A model generated the notes under the pieces. The model was not told the DNA's origin, did no database searches, and worked only from the letters and a program-made list of their open reading frames with translations. A DNA stretch of 43,168 nucleotides. It comes from a virus. Made by a program: the position numbers and the translations under genes. The stretch is taken from the IMG/VR virus record IMGVR_UViG_3300018875_000009, positions 1-43,168 of that record. The stretch is one strand, 5' to 3'. Position 1 is the stretch's first letter, and each line of letters starts with the position of its first letter. This document shows, piece after piece, positions 1-8,854 of the stretch.

Positions 1-127
1 CATGGAGCGAATGAGGCTCACCGGATGATCGAGCTAGACGTGATCGGCACCCCTGCCCCCCAGGGCAGTAAGAGGCACGTTGGCGGGGGCCGAATGGTGG
101 AGTCCTCGAAGAAGGTCAAGCCGTGGC
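1..127. repeat. Terminal overlap: bases 1-127 are identical to 43042-43168, so the unit length is 43,041 bp
   Basis: Both ends compared base by base; identical over all 127 nt. Genes run continuously across the junction. Confidence 0.95.
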
Positions 128-447
128 GTAACGCGGTCACGGCCGAGGCCCTGAACCACACCTTCGGCCCCTGGCCGTATGTGGCCGTATTCGCCACCTT
201 CCGACTGAAGCGACCCAAGAGCCATTACCGCACCGGTCGGTTCGCCGACCAGCTCAGGCCAGATGCCCCCCTGTACCCGGCGAAGTACCCGGACGTAGAC
301 AAGCTCTGCCGCTCGACCCTTGACGGCCTGAAGGCCGGCCGGGCCTTCGGGGACGACGCCCAGGTGGTCATCCTCGGCGCGCGGAAGGTCTACGCGGAAC
401 GCGACCAGGAGCCCGGCGCGAACATTCGCGTCTATCCCGTTCTTTGA
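25..447 (+). CDS. rusA: RusA-family Holliday junction resolvase
   Basis: 140-aa ORF. N-terminus MIELDVIGTPAPQGSKRH and size are typical of RusA. ATGA overlap with the helicase-like gene across the wrap. Confidence 0.8.
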   Translation: MIELDVIGTPAPQGSKRHVGGGRMVESSKKVKPWRNAVTAEALNHTFGPWPYVAVFATFRLKRPKSHYRTGRFADQLRPDAPLYPAKYPDVDKLCRSTLDGLKAGRAFGDDAQVVILGARKVYAERDQEPGANIRVYPVL

Positions 448-462
448 TTCCGCCACCCGTCC

Positions 463-480
463 GAAACTATCATTTGGAAT
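463..480 (+). repeat. Copy of the dispersed intergenic motif (GAAACTATCATTTGGAAT), 7 nt upstream of the primase ATG
   Basis: Same 17-mer core as the copy upstream of the capsid gene (28005-28022, minus strand). Confidence 0.8.
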
Positions 481-487
481 ACAGCGG

Positions 488-877
488 ATGGATAAGCCGC
501 CGATTGCGGAAGTGCTAGAGCACTACGGAGCCACCGACGTTCCGGAAGGGTCGCGCTTCCGAAAGATGAAGTGCCCGTTCCACGAAGACCGAAATGCCTC
601 GGCTTCCGTCTGCACCGAAGAGAACCGCTTTCGGTGCTTCGCGTGCGATATCTCGGGCGACAGCTTCGACGTAATCGCAGACCAGGAAGGATGCCGTGAC
701 TTCGCTTGTACCCGATCCTGCGCTGAAAAGCTTCTTGGAGGAAGCTACGGCCAGGTACGAGGGGGATCTGACGAGAAGCCCCGCCGCCGTGGAGTATTTG
801 AAGACTCGCGGCCTGTCCGTGGACAACGCAGCCTCATTTCGGCTGGGGTACGTCGAAAGCCCCTTGCCGGGTCATGA
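488..877 (+). CDS. DNA primase, N-terminal CHC2 zinc-binding part (ORF 1 of a split primase)
   Basis: CPFHEDRNASASV...FRCFACDISGDSFDV zinc-finger signature. GC3 bias fades after about 700, although the frame stays open to 877. Confidence 0.65.
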   Translation: MDKPPIAEVLEHYGATDVPEGSRFRKMKCPFHEDRNASASVCTEENRFRCFACDISGDSFDVIADQEGCRDFACTRSCAEKLLGGSYGQVRGGSDEKPRRRGVFEDSRPVRGQRSLISAGVRRKPLAGS

Positions 878-1343
878 GGTTATGCGGGGGATGCTGGCTG
901 TCCCCTACCTGACTAGGGCCGGGGTCATGACCATTCGGTTCCGTCGCCTCGGCGACGGGGACGGGCCGAAATACCGGTCTGTCCCCGGTGACCCCCCGCG
1001 AATCTACAACGCGGGTTCACTCCTGATCCCCTCGGATCACATCGCCATCTGTGAAGGCGAATTCGACGCGATAGCGGCCACCCTGGCCGGAATCCCGGCG
1101 GTCGGAATCGCTGGTGTGAGCGCATGGAAGTCGTACTTCGCCCGATGCTTCAAGGGCTATCGGGCCGTGTACATCCTCGCCGACCACGACGACAAGGGAC
1201 AGGGGATGGAGTTCGCCGAGAAGGTCGCCGAACAGATCAAGAACGCTCGCATATCCCCCATGCCGGCCGGACACGACGTGAATTCGTTCGTCCTGGCCAA
1301 CGGCCCCGAAGCCCTTCTAGACCAACTGGAGATCAAGCGATGA
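696..1343 (+). CDS. DNA primase, TOPRIM catalytic part (ORF 2 of a split primase)
   Basis: GTG start 5 nt after SD AGGAAGGA (683-690). Motifs ICEGEFDAIA and ILADHDDKGQG. Confidence 0.75.
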   Translation: MTSLVPDPALKSFLEEATARYEGDLTRSPAAVEYLKTRGLSVDNAASFRLGYVESPLPGHEVMRGMLAVPYLTRAGVMTIRFRRLGDGDGPKYRSVPGDPPRIYNAGSLLIPSDHIAICEGEFDAIAATLAGIPAVGIAGVSAWKSYFARCFKGYRAVYILADHDDKGQGMEFAEKVAEQIKNARISPMPAGHDVNSFVLANGPEALLDQLEIKR

Positions 1344-1588
1344 CGAGTGAGGAACTGGCCGACGAAGTAGGGCACTTCATCCGGCAGTGCCGAGGGCGAA
1401 TCCTCGGTATCGGGGCCGAACAGTACGACGAAGGCGATGGACAACAGAAGTTCGAAACCATGCCGCTGGTCGAGCTGGTCGTGTACGCCCGTGAAGAAGC
1501 CCAAGACCTGGCCGTATACGCGGCCATGCTCGATATCCGACTGAAGCGACTCGAAGACGCTCTTCGAGAGAAGGGCGTCAGCCTGTGA
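1340..1588 (+). CDS. Hypothetical protein (82 aa)
   Basis: ATGA start/stop overlap with the primase ORF. High GC3. No recognisable motif. Confidence 0.5.
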   Translation: MTSEELADEVGHFIRQCRGRILGIGAEQYDEGDGQQKFETMPLVELVVYAREEAQDLAVYAAMLDIRLKRLEDALREKGVSL

Positions 1589-2352
1589 AGCGCATTGTTG
1601 TCCTGTCCGACATGCAGATTCCCTACCACGATAAGCGGGCCGTTCAGAACGTCCTTCGGTTCATCGAGCAGTACAAGCCCGATGAAGTCGCCTCGGTCGG
1701 CGACGAAGTCGACTTCCCGCAGATCAGCCGTTGGTCGAGAGGCATGGCCGGCGAGTACAAGGGGGATCTTCAGGCGCACTGTGATGCAGGGAAGCGGGTG
1801 CTCTCTTCCCTTCGCCGCGTGCACGACGGACCGATTCACGTCAGCCGCTCCAATCACATGGACCGGCCCCTTACCTACGTCCGAACGCGCGCCCCTGGCC
1901 TCATGGGCTTGAAGGCCCTCGAAGTGCCGTCCCTTCTCGACTTCGAGAAGTACGACGTGACCTACCACGAAGAGCCGTACGAAATTGCCCCCGGTTGGCT
2001 TCTCGCCCACGGTGACGAAGGCGCATCCTCGCGGGTTCCCGGCGGAACCGCTATGGCCCTGGCCCGTAAGTGGGGTTACTCCGTGGTCTGCGGTCACACT
2101 CACAAGCTCGGAATCCAGCACGAACACCGGGTAGTGAATTCGAAGCTCACGACCGAACTGTTCGGCTTCGAAGTCGGAAACCTTATGGCCCTGAAGTCTG
2201 CCCACTACCTCAAGGCCGGTCACGCCAATTGGCAACAGGGGTTCGGAATCCTCTACGTCGAGAAGAACCGCGTTACCCCTGCCCCTGTATTCATCCGCCC
2301 GAACGGCTCTTTCGTGGTCGAAGGCAAGACTTACGGCCTGAAGGCCGCCTAG
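1585..2352 (+). CDS. Metallophosphoesterase (calcineurin-like)
   Basis: Motifs VLSDMQIPYHD, GDEVD and CGHTHK. GTGA overlap with the upstream gene. Confidence 0.8.
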   Translation: MKRIVVLSDMQIPYHDKRAVQNVLRFIEQYKPDEVASVGDEVDFPQISRWSRGMAGEYKGDLQAHCDAGKRVLSSLRRVHDGPIHVSRSNHMDRPLTYVRTRAPGLMGLKALEVPSLLDFEKYDVTYHEEPYEIAPGWLLAHGDEGASSRVPGGTAMALARKWGYSVVCGHTHKLGIQHEHRVVNSKLTTELFGFEVGNLMALKSAHYLKAGHANWQQGFGILYVEKNRVTPAPVFIRPNGSFVVEGKTYGLKAA

Positions 2353-2362
2353 GAGATCCCCC

Positions 2363-2923
2363 ATGATGCACTGGACCCGCTACCAGAAGATTGCCGATTC
2401 CGTCGCCCGGAAGGTCGCCGAGGAGTACCCCGGCATTGACGCCGAGGACATTCGCCAGGAAATCCTTCTTCACGTCATGGAGAAGAAGAACGTTTACGAG
2501 TCGACCGACTACCCGGATGGTCAGCTTCGGAAGAACTTCCGGCAGGTCGCCGTGAGCTACGCGGGCCGGGAGCGCTACGCGTACATCTACCATTCCGCGG
2601 AGTACGTTTACACGTCCTCGGAGATTCGTCAGCTCTTCGAGAAGGCGTTCTTCCAGCCTGAGCTTTGGGAGACGGCCCCGACGAAGGACGACGGGGTTTC
2701 CGTCGCCGCCGGGGGCGTTGTTGTGGCCCTTTGGGACCTTGACCGGGCTTACTCGGCTCTCCCCGTTCTCGACGCCGAGGTTATCGCGAAGCGGTATGAG
2801 CGCGGGGAGCCTCTTTCCTCGGCTGAGACCATGCGCCTTTCTCGCGCTATCGACAAGATCGTTCGGACGCTGAACAACGGCGTCATCAAGAGGCAGCAGG
2901 AACGAAAGACCGCCGCTGCCTGA
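2363..2923 (+). CDS. Sigma-70/ECF-like factor or HTH DNA-binding protein (weak call)
   Basis: AGGAG SD upstream. By eye, a region-2-like segment ([13 protein letters not shown]) and a C-terminal region-4-like HTH ([13 protein letters not shown]). Confidence 0.4.
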   Translation: MMHWTRYQKIADSVARKVAEEYPGIDAEDIRQEILLHVMEKKNVYESTDYPDGQLRKNFRQVAVSYAGRERYAYIYHSAEYVYTSSEIRQLFEKAFFQPELWETAPTKDDGVSVAAGGVVVALWDLDRAYSALPVLDAEVIAKRYERGEPLSSAETMRLSRAIDKIVRTLNNGVIKRQQERKTAAA

Positions 2924-2942
2924 ACCACTAGAAGGAACATTC

Positions 2943-5039
2943 TTGAATATCACCCATGCCCCGAACTTTGGCCCGACCGGCGCGACCGTGTATGAGCGCA
3001 CCTATCAGCGCGTGAAGCCGAATGGCGAGCGTGAATCGTGGCTCGACACCGTGACGCGCGTTGTCGACGGGAACCTGTCCCTTGTCCCCGAGAAGTACCG
3101 CAACCCCGGTGAGCGTGAACGGCTCATTGAGTTGATGTACGACTTCAAGGTTCTTCCCGCCGGTCGGCACCTGTGGGCTTCGGGCGTGCCCGGTCGTCAG
3201 TACCTCTTCAACTGTCACGTATCCGGTTGGGGCGACAAGCTCTCGGATCACTTCGAGTTCACGTTCATGAGGCTCATGGAAGGTGGCGGAGTTGGAGCCA
3301 ACTACAGCTCCCGTTTCCTGAAGCCGTACGGCGCCCCCAGGCGGCCCCTGAACGTCCACATCGTCTGTGACCCCGCGCACCCCGACTACGCGGCTATGAA
3401 GGCCGCTGGTGTGCTCTCTGACAACTACTCGCACGAATGGGGCGGGGCCTTCCCGGTAGAGGACTCTCGGGAGGGTTGGGCCGCCGCCCTGGTCGACCTT
3501 CTCGACACCTACGGCCGGCCGGACGTGCGCCACGCTGACCGCGTGTACGACGTGAGCCGCGTACGCGAGGAAGGCGCACCGCTCCGCACCTTCGGCGGTA
3601 CGGCCTCGGGTCCTCGACCCCTGGCCCGGATGATGCTCGACGTAGCCGAGGTGATGAACCGGGCCTTCGAGCGCCAGGCCGCCTCGGCCCCGTGGGAGCA
3701 TCTGACGCCGCTCGAAGCGATGGAGATTGACCACGCTATCGCCGAGTGTGTCGTGTCCGGCGGGAACCGCCGTTCTGCGCGTATGGCCATGGTGGAATGG
3801 GATGACCCGTTCATCATGCAATTCATCCGCTGTAAGGCCGATACGGGTAAGCACTGGACGACGAATATCAGCGTCGCTATCACGGATGAGTTCATTGAAG
3901 CGCTGAACGGCACTCCCGAAGAGGGCGCCGACGGAATGCCGCAGTACGGCCCTTCTGCGCACGCTCACGCCGTTCATGAGGCCGTAGTGAAGGGCATGCT
4001 CGACAACGGCGAGCCGGGTTACTTCAACCTGTCTCTTTGCAATGTCGGCGAGCCGAACGAGATCATCGCGAGTAACCCGTGTGGCGAAATCGCGCTCGAA
4101 AGCTGGGAAAACTGCAATCTCGGTCACGTCAACTTGGACGCTTTCGCGCCGAAGAAGCCGACCGATGAACCCGACCTCGAAGGCATCCTTGAGGCTCACC
4201 GCCTCATGACGCGTTTCCTGATTCGCGCCACCTACGGTGACGTGAACGATCCGAAGCAGGCTGAGACCCTGGCCCGTAACAGGCGAATCGGTGTTGGTCA
4301 CTTCGGCGTTCAGGGATATCTCGCGAAGCAGGGAATCAGGTACTCGAAGGCCCCTAGCTTCTTCCGGTTCCCGTTCGAGCTTCGCATTATGGCCAGTGAG
4401 GTGAAGGCCGCCGCTATCGACTACGCGCACCAGTTGCGCATTCCGGTGCCGGTCAAGATGACCACGGTTGCCCCCACGGGCACCATTGCGAAGATGCCGG
4501 GGGTCACCGAGGGAATCCACCCGATCTATGCCCGCCACTTCATCCGGCGGGTTCGCTTCTCCCTGGTCGACCCCGTACAGGCGGAGCGTGTAAACGTGCT
4601 CTTCACCCAGGGGCACAACGTCGAAGAGGACGTGTACGACAAGAGCGGTAACACGGTCGTGGTCGAGTTCCCGACGAAGGAAAAGCTGGTCGAAGAAGTC
4701 GAAGCGATGGGACTGCCGGCCGAGCTGGTCGAGTCTGCGGACGAAATCAGCTTCGCCGACATGCTCGCTTTTCAGGCTATGTATCAGAAGAACTTCGCTG
4801 ACAACGCGGTGAGCTTCACCGTGAACATCCTCCCTGGCCAGGTCTCCCAGGGCGAAGCCGAGGAGACGCTGAAGCGGTTCCTTCCCGTCCTGAAGGGAAC
4901 CACCGTGTTCCCTGACCTCACCCGGCCCCAGTCGCCTTACGAGCGGATCACGGCCGAGGAGTACGAGAAGGCCACCGCGAAGAGCGTGGACGCGTCCTAT
5001 GACGAAGCGTGCGCATCGGGTGCCTGCCCGGTGAAGTAG
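2943..5039 (+). CDS. nrdJ: Class II (adenosylcobalamin-dependent) ribonucleotide reductase
   Basis: 698 aa. Motifs NPCGEIAL and TVAPTGT with a C-terminal Cys pair. TTG start after SD GAAGGAAC. Confidence 0.88.
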   Translation: MNITHAPNFGPTGATVYERTYQRVKPNGERESWLDTVTRVVDGNLSLVPEKYRNPGERERLIELMYDFKVLPAGRHLWASGVPGRQYLFNCHVSGWGDKLSDHFEFTFMRLMEGGGVGANYSSRFLKPYGAPRRPLNVHIVCDPAHPDYAAMKAAGVLSDNYSHEWGGAFPVEDSREGWAAALVDLLDTYGRPDVRHADRVYDVSRVREEGAPLRTFGGTASGPRPLARMMLDVAEVMNRAFERQAASAPWEHLTPLEAMEIDHAIAECVVSGGNRRSARMAMVEWDDPFIMQFIRCKADTGKHWTTNISVAITDEFIEALNGTPEEGADGMPQYGPSAHAHAVHEAVVKGMLDNGEPGYFNLSLCNVGEPNEIIASNPCGEIALESWENCNLGHVNLDAFAPKKPTDEPDLEGILEAHRLMTRFLIRATYGDVNDPKQAETLARNRRIGVGHFGVQGYLAKQGIRYSKAPSFFRFPFELRIMASEVKAAAIDYAHQLRIPVPVKMTTVAPTGTIAKMPGVTEGIHPIYARHFIRRVRFSLVDPVQAERVNVLFTQGHNVEEDVYDKSGNTVVVEFPTKEKLVEEVEAMGLPAELVESADEISFADMLAFQAMYQKNFADNAVSFTVNILPGQVSQGEAEETLKRFLPVLKGTTVFPDLTRPQSPYERITAEEYEKATAKSVDASYDEACASGACPVK

Positions 5040-5046
5040 CAGCCCT

Positions 5047-5087
5047 GAAGCTGTCATTTGAAACCGCCACCCCGGCGGCCCAATACT
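5047..5087 (+). promoter_or_regulatory. Dispersed motif GAAGCTGTCATTTGAAA, with a possible promoter (-35 TTGAAA 5058-5063, 18-nt spacer, -10 AATACT 5082-5087)
   Basis: Motif starts 8 nt after the nrdJ stop. Hexamer spacing read directly. The -10 is only moderate. Confidence 0.45.
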
Positions 5088-5112
5088 AGGAACACGAAAG
5101 AGGAGAGGGGCC

Positions 5113-5868
5113 GTGAAAAGGCCCGGTCCCTCTCCGCTCCAATCCCGGAAGGAACCCCCTTTGAAGGTCACTGTCGTTGCGGACACTATGACCCGTGACT
5201 TCCACATGGAGACGCTTACCGGCTTCGAGTCGGACGCTGCGAACCCTGCGGATCATCTGGCCGAGTTCGCCGGTCGAGAGTGCTACAAGAGCCACCACAA
5301 GCCGAATCCGAAGACCGCGACGAATGCGGCCTACCTGGCGAACATTCTCGACCACGGGCATACGTCGGTCCTCGAACACGCCACGGTGACCTTCTACGTT
5401 CAGCACGTATCCCGCGCGCTTCTTCTCGAACTGGAAAGGCACCGGTTCCTTTCCTTCTCCGTGGAATCTCAGAGGTACGTCGACATGGAGAAGGCCCACC
5501 CCGACCCGGTTGTTCCTCCGCTCTTCCGAGAGATCGAGGACGAAGACACCCGGCGGGATCTCAACAACCTTCTTTACGACCACTACGACGCGAGCCTTAG
5601 TCAGTACGCCTACGTATTCAACCGGCTTCGCGACGAAGACGTTCCGCTGAAGAAGGCCCGCGAAGCGGCCCGCGCTTTCCTGCCGAACTGTACGCCCGTT
5701 GACTTCGTGGTCACCGGGAACATTCGGGCCTGGCGTGACGTGCTGGGCAAGCGTTACCACCTGGCCGCCGACGCCGAGATTCGAGAGTTCGCGTCGCTCA
5801 TCCTCGCCGAGCTTCGCGACATAGCCCCCAACGCCGTTCAGGACATCCCGGAGACTCCCTATGCGTAA
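5113..5868 (+). CDS. thyX: Flavin-dependent thymidylate synthase ThyX
   Basis: RHRFLSFSVESQRY matches the ThyX motif RHRxxSxxxxSxR. GTG 5113 follows SD AGGAGAGGGG. An alternative in-frame TTG lies at 5161. Confidence 0.88.
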   Translation: MKRPGPSPLQSRKEPPLKVTVVADTMTRDFHMETLTGFESDAANPADHLAEFAGRECYKSHHKPNPKTATNAAYLANILDHGHTSVLEHATVTFYVQHVSRALLLELERHRFLSFSVESQRYVDMEKAHPDPVVPPLFREIEDEDTRRDLNNLLYDHYDASLSQYAYVFNRLRDEDVPLKKAREAARAFLPNCTPVDFVVTGNIRAWRDVLGKRYHLAADAEIREFASLILAELRDIAPNAVQDIPETPYA

Positions 5869-6118
5869 GACCTTCAGCCGCGCGAAGCGGCTTGCCGTGG
5901 CCCTGGCCCTGGCGCTCATGGCCGCTATCGGCATCGTGGCCTGTACCGAGGACAACGCGTGTGCGGCCTCGGCCCCCAGGATCGTGACCCCTCGGCCGGC
6001 CCCTGCCCCGGCCCCCCGCGTGCCGTCCTTCTCGAAGCCTTCACCCCCGAAGACGGGCGGTAGCTCGACCACGGTCGTTCCGGTTCCCGTGTACGTGGAC
6101 GACGACACGTCTTGCTGA
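5861..6118 (+). CDS. Putative secreted protein or lipoprotein (85 aa)
   Basis: Signal-peptide-like N-terminus with lipobox-like AIGIVAC, and a Pro-rich tail. Overlaps the thyX stop. Confidence 0.5.
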   Translation: MRKTFSRAKRLAVALALALMAAIGIVACTEDNACAASAPRIVTPRPAPAPAPRVPSFSKPSPPKTGGSSTTVVPVPVYVDDDTSC

Positions 6119-6480
6119 AGGTTCTCGTCACCGGTTCACGCGACTGGACCGACGCCCGGAGCATCGAGCTTGAGATGTTCCGGGCTTTGTATGAGTCGAA
6201 GACGTTCTTCGGCGACGCCGTACTAATCCACGGAGCGTGCCCCACAGGGGCCGATGCTCTCGCCGACCGGTACGCCAGGGCGACCGGCATGCACGTTCTC
6301 AGGTTCCCCGCCGATTGGGAGCGCCACGGCAAGCGCGCGGGATTCCTGCGTAACGCCGAGATGGTCGAGACCGGCCCGGATATCTGTCTGGCCTTCATCC
6401 GTAACGGAAGCCGTGGGGCTTCCATGACCGCTGATCTTGCCGAGAAGGCAGGAATCGAAACCCGGAGGTTCCTCGCATGA
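6112..6480 (+). CDS. DUF2493 / SLOG-type Rossmann-like protein
   Basis: VLVTGSRDW...LIHGACPTGADALADRYA...FPADWERHGKRAGFLRNAEM pattern recognised by eye. TTG start overlaps the upstream stop. Confidence 0.55.
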   Translation: MLKVLVTGSRDWTDARSIELEMFRALYESKTFFGDAVLIHGACPTGADALADRYARATGMHVLRFPADWERHGKRAGFLRNAEMVETGPDICLAFIRNGSRGASMTADLAEKAGIETRRFLA

Positions 6481-6638
6481 CCAAGACTCAGAGCCCGTTC
6501 GCCATGGCCGCCGACCTGATCGCCGCCGCTACGGCCCTCTACTCCTACTTCGAAGCCCTGAAGAGCGCGGGCTTCACGGACGCCCAGGCGTACAACATCG
6601 TTCGCGACATGGCCCGCGCGGGGGCCGCTGGTGGGTGA
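6477..6638 (+). CDS. Hypothetical protein (53 aa; below the ORF-track cutoff)
   Basis: ATGA overlap with the upstream gene. High GC3. The stop overlaps the GTG of the deaminase gene. Confidence 0.4.
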   Translation: MTKTQSPFAMAADLIAAATALYSYFEALKSAGFTDAQAYNIVRDMARAGAAGG

Positions 6639-7059
6639 CCCGCGGCCTACCTGGGACGAGTATTTCCTAGGGATCGCCCAGGCCGTGAGCACACGCGGAG
6701 ACTGCACCCGCGCGCAGGTTGGGGCGGTCATGGTTCAGGTGTTGGCCGGCCTCCCCACAGGGGTTGGCTTCGGGTACAACGGCCCCCCGCCGGGGGTGCC
6801 CGGTTGTCTCTCTGCTGGGGCGTGCCCTCGGGGCCGTCTGACCGCCGAAGAGTGCCCGCCGAATAGCGACTACTCGAACTGTACGGCCGATCATGCCGAG
6901 CGGAACGCGGTCCGTCTGACCCCTACCGAGCACCGCCAGGGCGCGACTCTCTACGTGACGCGCGAGCCGTGCCCGAGCTGCCGCACGCTGATCACGGCGG
7001 CCCAGATTGGCCGTGTCGTGTGGCCCGATGGTGAATGGCTTCCGCCACCCGGCCACTGA
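6631..7059 (+). CDS. Deoxycytidylate (dCMP) deaminase
   Basis: Zinc-binding motifs HAERNA and PCPSC. N-terminal WDEYFLGIA. Confidence 0.85.
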   Translation: MGDPRPTWDEYFLGIAQAVSTRGDCTRAQVGAVMVQVLAGLPTGVGFGYNGPPPGVPGCLSAGACPRGRLTAEECPPNSDYSNCTADHAERNAVRLTPTEHRQGATLYVTREPCPSCRTLITAAQIGRVVWPDGEWLPPPGH

Positions 7060-7084
7060 TACTCTCGACCCTGCACCTTCCCCT

Positions 7085-7097
7085 TCTCTCGCTGACA
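7085..7097 (-). repeat. Orphan inverted copy of the early-leader motif TGTCAGCGAGAGA, followed by SD-like GAAGGGGAAGG (7075-7085)
   Basis: The reverse complement of 7075-7097 reads GTGTCAGCGAGAGAAGGGGAAGG. No credible downstream minus-strand ORF. Confidence 0.6.
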
Positions 7098-7114
7098 CGG
7101 TGAAGGTTGGTGCG

Positions 7115-7146
7115 ACGGCCCCCGCTTCGGCGGGGGCCGTTTTCGT
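7115..7146 (+). terminator. Intrinsic terminator after the nucleotide-metabolism operon
   Basis: 11-bp GC stem (ACGGCCCCCGC / GCGGGGGCCGT), TTCG loop, then TTTTCG. Confidence 0.8.
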
Positions 7147-7176
7147 ATGCCCTGATCCTAGCATTTGATCCGGCCC

Positions 7177-7232
7177 GTTTAAACGGTTGACACACGTTCC
7201 AAATGACAGTAACGTTCTTCCTGTCAGCGAGA
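7177..7232 (+). promoter_or_regulatory. Early promoter cassette A: GTTTAAAC 7177-7184, -35 TTGACA 7187-7192, 17-nt spacer containing CCAAATGACAG, -10 TAACGT 7210-7215, leader TGTCAGCGAGA 7222-7232
   Basis: Hexamers and spacing read directly. The same architecture recurs about 10 times. Confidence 0.7.
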
Positions 7233-7274
7233 CGGACGCCGGAACGGCCGGCTTCCGGAGAGAAGGGGAAGAAC

Positions 7275-7931
7275 ATGCGAGAGATCACCCGCGAAGAGTG
7301 GCTTCACCTGGCTATCGAAGCCCTGCGCCCGGAGTTCGAGAAGATCGAGTTCCCGCTTCCCGAGAAGATTCATGTCAGCGTGGGCTTCGGCTACGGCGCT
7401 AAGCGCGAGTCGGCGAAGATCCTCGGCCAGTGCTGGGCGCGTCGGGTTTCCGAGGACGGCGTGAACCACATCTTCATCAGCCCCGAGCTTTCCGACGAAG
7501 CCCGCGTTCTCGACGTGCTGATTCATGAGCTGGTGCATGCGGCTGACGACTGCATGAGCGGCCACAAGGGGGCCTTCGCGAAGGCCGCTAAGGCTCTCGG
7601 CCTCACCGGGAAGATGACCGCCACGGTGGCCACCCCGGAACTGACCGAAAAGCTCCGGGAGTTGGCTAAGGCCCTCGGCCCCTACGCTCACGCCACCCTG
7701 TACCCCATGGGCAAGCCGATTCAGCCGAGGGAAGAGCCGAAGCCGGAAGACCCGGAGACCCCGGAAGAGCCCCCGGTTTCGTCCGGCCCGAAGAAGCAGG
7801 GAACCCGCATGATCAAGGTTGCCTGCAAGCCGGATTGCGGGTGCGGCGGGTACGTGGTCCGCACTACCGCGAAGTGGCTCGAAGTCGGAATGCCGATCTG
7901 CCCCATGGGAACGGTCATGGAACTTGCCTGA
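7275..7931 (+). CDS. SprT-like zinc metalloprotease
   Basis: HELVH (HExxH) in an SprT-like context (ILGQCW...IHELVHAADD...GHKGAFAK), with a C-terminal Cys cluster. SD GAAGGGGAAG lies upstream of ATG 7275. Confidence 0.65.
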   Translation: MREITREEWLHLAIEALRPEFEKIEFPLPEKIHVSVGFGYGAKRESAKILGQCWARRVSEDGVNHIFISPELSDEARVLDVLIHELVHAADDCMSGHKGAFAKAAKALGLTGKMTATVATPELTEKLRELAKALGPYAHATLYPMGKPIQPREEPKPEDPETPEEPPVSSGPKKQGTRMIKVACKPDCGCGGYVVRTTAKWLEVGMPICPMGTVMELA

Positions 7932-7943
7932 CAGCCCCTCACG

Positions 7944-7974
7944 CGGCCCCCTTCGGGGGGCCGTTCGTGTTTCC
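7944..7974 (+). terminator. Intrinsic terminator
   Basis: CGGCCCCC / GGGGGCCG stem, TTCG loop, T-rich tail. Confidence 0.75.
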
Positions 7975-7985
7975 GGGCCTGATCC

Positions 7986-8042
7986 AAGCTGTCATTTGAC
8001 ATGTCGTGTTTAAACGCTGTAACTTCTTCCCTGTCAGCGAGA
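7986..8042 (+). promoter_or_regulatory. Early promoter cassette B: AAGCTGTCATTTGACA, -35 TTGACA 7996-8001, 18-nt spacer with GTTTAAAC 8008-8015, -10 TAACTT 8020-8025, leader TGTCAGCGAGA 8032-8042
   Basis: Read directly. Confidence 0.7.
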
Positions 8043-8065
8043 CACAAACCCGAAGGGGAAGACCA

Positions 8066-8506
8066 GTGCAGACCATGAAGATTTCCGAGACGGCCAACGT
8101 CGCCGACTCGAAGGGCGTGTTCCTGTTCGGCGGGAAGGCCGCCGGTCGGAAGGGGCCGAAGAAGGATCTGGTGCCGGTCAAGGTCGAGCTTCACGCTCGG
8201 GGTGTGGCGAAGCTCGTCAACGCCGAGGACGGTTCCGAGGTTCTTCACTCCCGCGTAGGCACGGTCGTCTTCGCCGGTCCCGTGAACGGCAAGCCGGCCG
8301 AGGCCGAGGGCAAGCCGAAGCGGCCCCGAAAGAAGGCCGTGAAGGCCCCTGAGAAGGCCGAGAAGGCGAAGGTCGAGGAGAAGCCCCAGGCCCCCGCTAA
8401 GCGGCCCGGAAAGGCCCCCGCGAACTTCGTAGACCTGGCCCGGTCGGCGAACACTGAAGCGGCCCGCCGCTACTGGCAGAGGGTTGTAGACCAGTACGAA
8501 GGCTGA
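8066..8506 (+). CDS. Hypothetical protein with a Lys/Pro/Ala-rich basic C-terminal half
   Basis: GTG 6 nt after SD GAAGGGGA (ATG 8075 is the alternative). KPKRPRKKAVKAPEKAEKAK tail. Confidence 0.55.
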   Translation: MQTMKISETANVADSKGVFLFGGKAAGRKGPKKDLVPVKVELHARGVAKLVNAEDGSEVLHSRVGTVVFAGPVNGKPAEAEGKPKRPRKKAVKAPEKAEKAKVEEKPQAPAKRPGKAPANFVDLARSANTEAARRYWQRVVDQYEG

Positions 8507-8517
8507 CCGCTCCAAAC

Positions 8518-8550
8518 GGCCCCCGCTTCGGCGGGGGCCTTCTTCGTCTC
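8518..8550 (+). terminator. Intrinsic terminator
   Basis: GGCCCCCGC / GCGGGGGCC stem, TTCG loop, TTCTTCGTCTC tail. Confidence 0.75.
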
Positions 8551-8551
8551 G

Positions 8552-8609
8552 GAAGCTGTGATTTGGAATCTGCGTTTAAACGTGCTACGTTTCTCCTGTC
8601 AGCGAGAGA
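8552..8609 (+). promoter_or_regulatory. Early promoter cassette C: GAAGCTGTGATTTGGAA, -35 TTGGAA 8563-8568, 17-nt spacer with GTTTAAAC 8574-8581, -10 TACGTT 8586-8591, leader TGTCAGCGAGAGA 8597-8609
   Basis: Read directly. Confidence 0.7.
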
Positions 8610-8649
8610 CACCGGGAAAGGCCCGGTGCACAACCTGAAGGGGAAGACA

Positions 8650-8841
8650 ATGAACGTTTCCGGCGAGTGGGTCATCCTCGGTCACGGCCGTTCCGAGAAG
8701 GACGTTTACATGGGTCCGGGTACCTACTCGGAGATTGCCGAAGTCGTTCAGCTGTGGAACGACACTCACACCGAGCGTGAGCAGCGCGGGGAGGCCCCGC
8801 GCGGTTCTCTCCAGCGCTTCTACATGAAGCGCGTGGGCTAA
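8650..8841 (+). CDS. Hypothetical protein (63 aa)
   Basis: ATG after SD GAAGGGGAAG. Flanked by its own promoter cassette and terminator. Confidence 0.5.
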   Translation: MNVSGEWVILGHGRSEKDVYMGPGTYSEIAEVVQLWNDTHTEREQRGEAPRGSLQRFYMKRVG

Positions 8842-8854
8842 CCGCTCACCCCAA

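Noticed and set aside
2928-5207. 759-aa minus-strand ORF antisense to nrdJ. Similar long antisense ORFs lie at 1333-2364(-), 5086-6108(-), 5925-6731(-), 21007-22038(+), 24193-25227(+), 26486-28015(+) and 37453-38502(+).
   Set aside because: These are shadow ORFs typical of high-GC DNA. Their translations are Arg/Gly/Pro/Leu-rich with no motifs. The opposite strand in each case encodes a protein with clear signatures (RNR, phosphoesterase, ThyX, TMP, major tail, capsid, integrase) and the expected GC3 bias.
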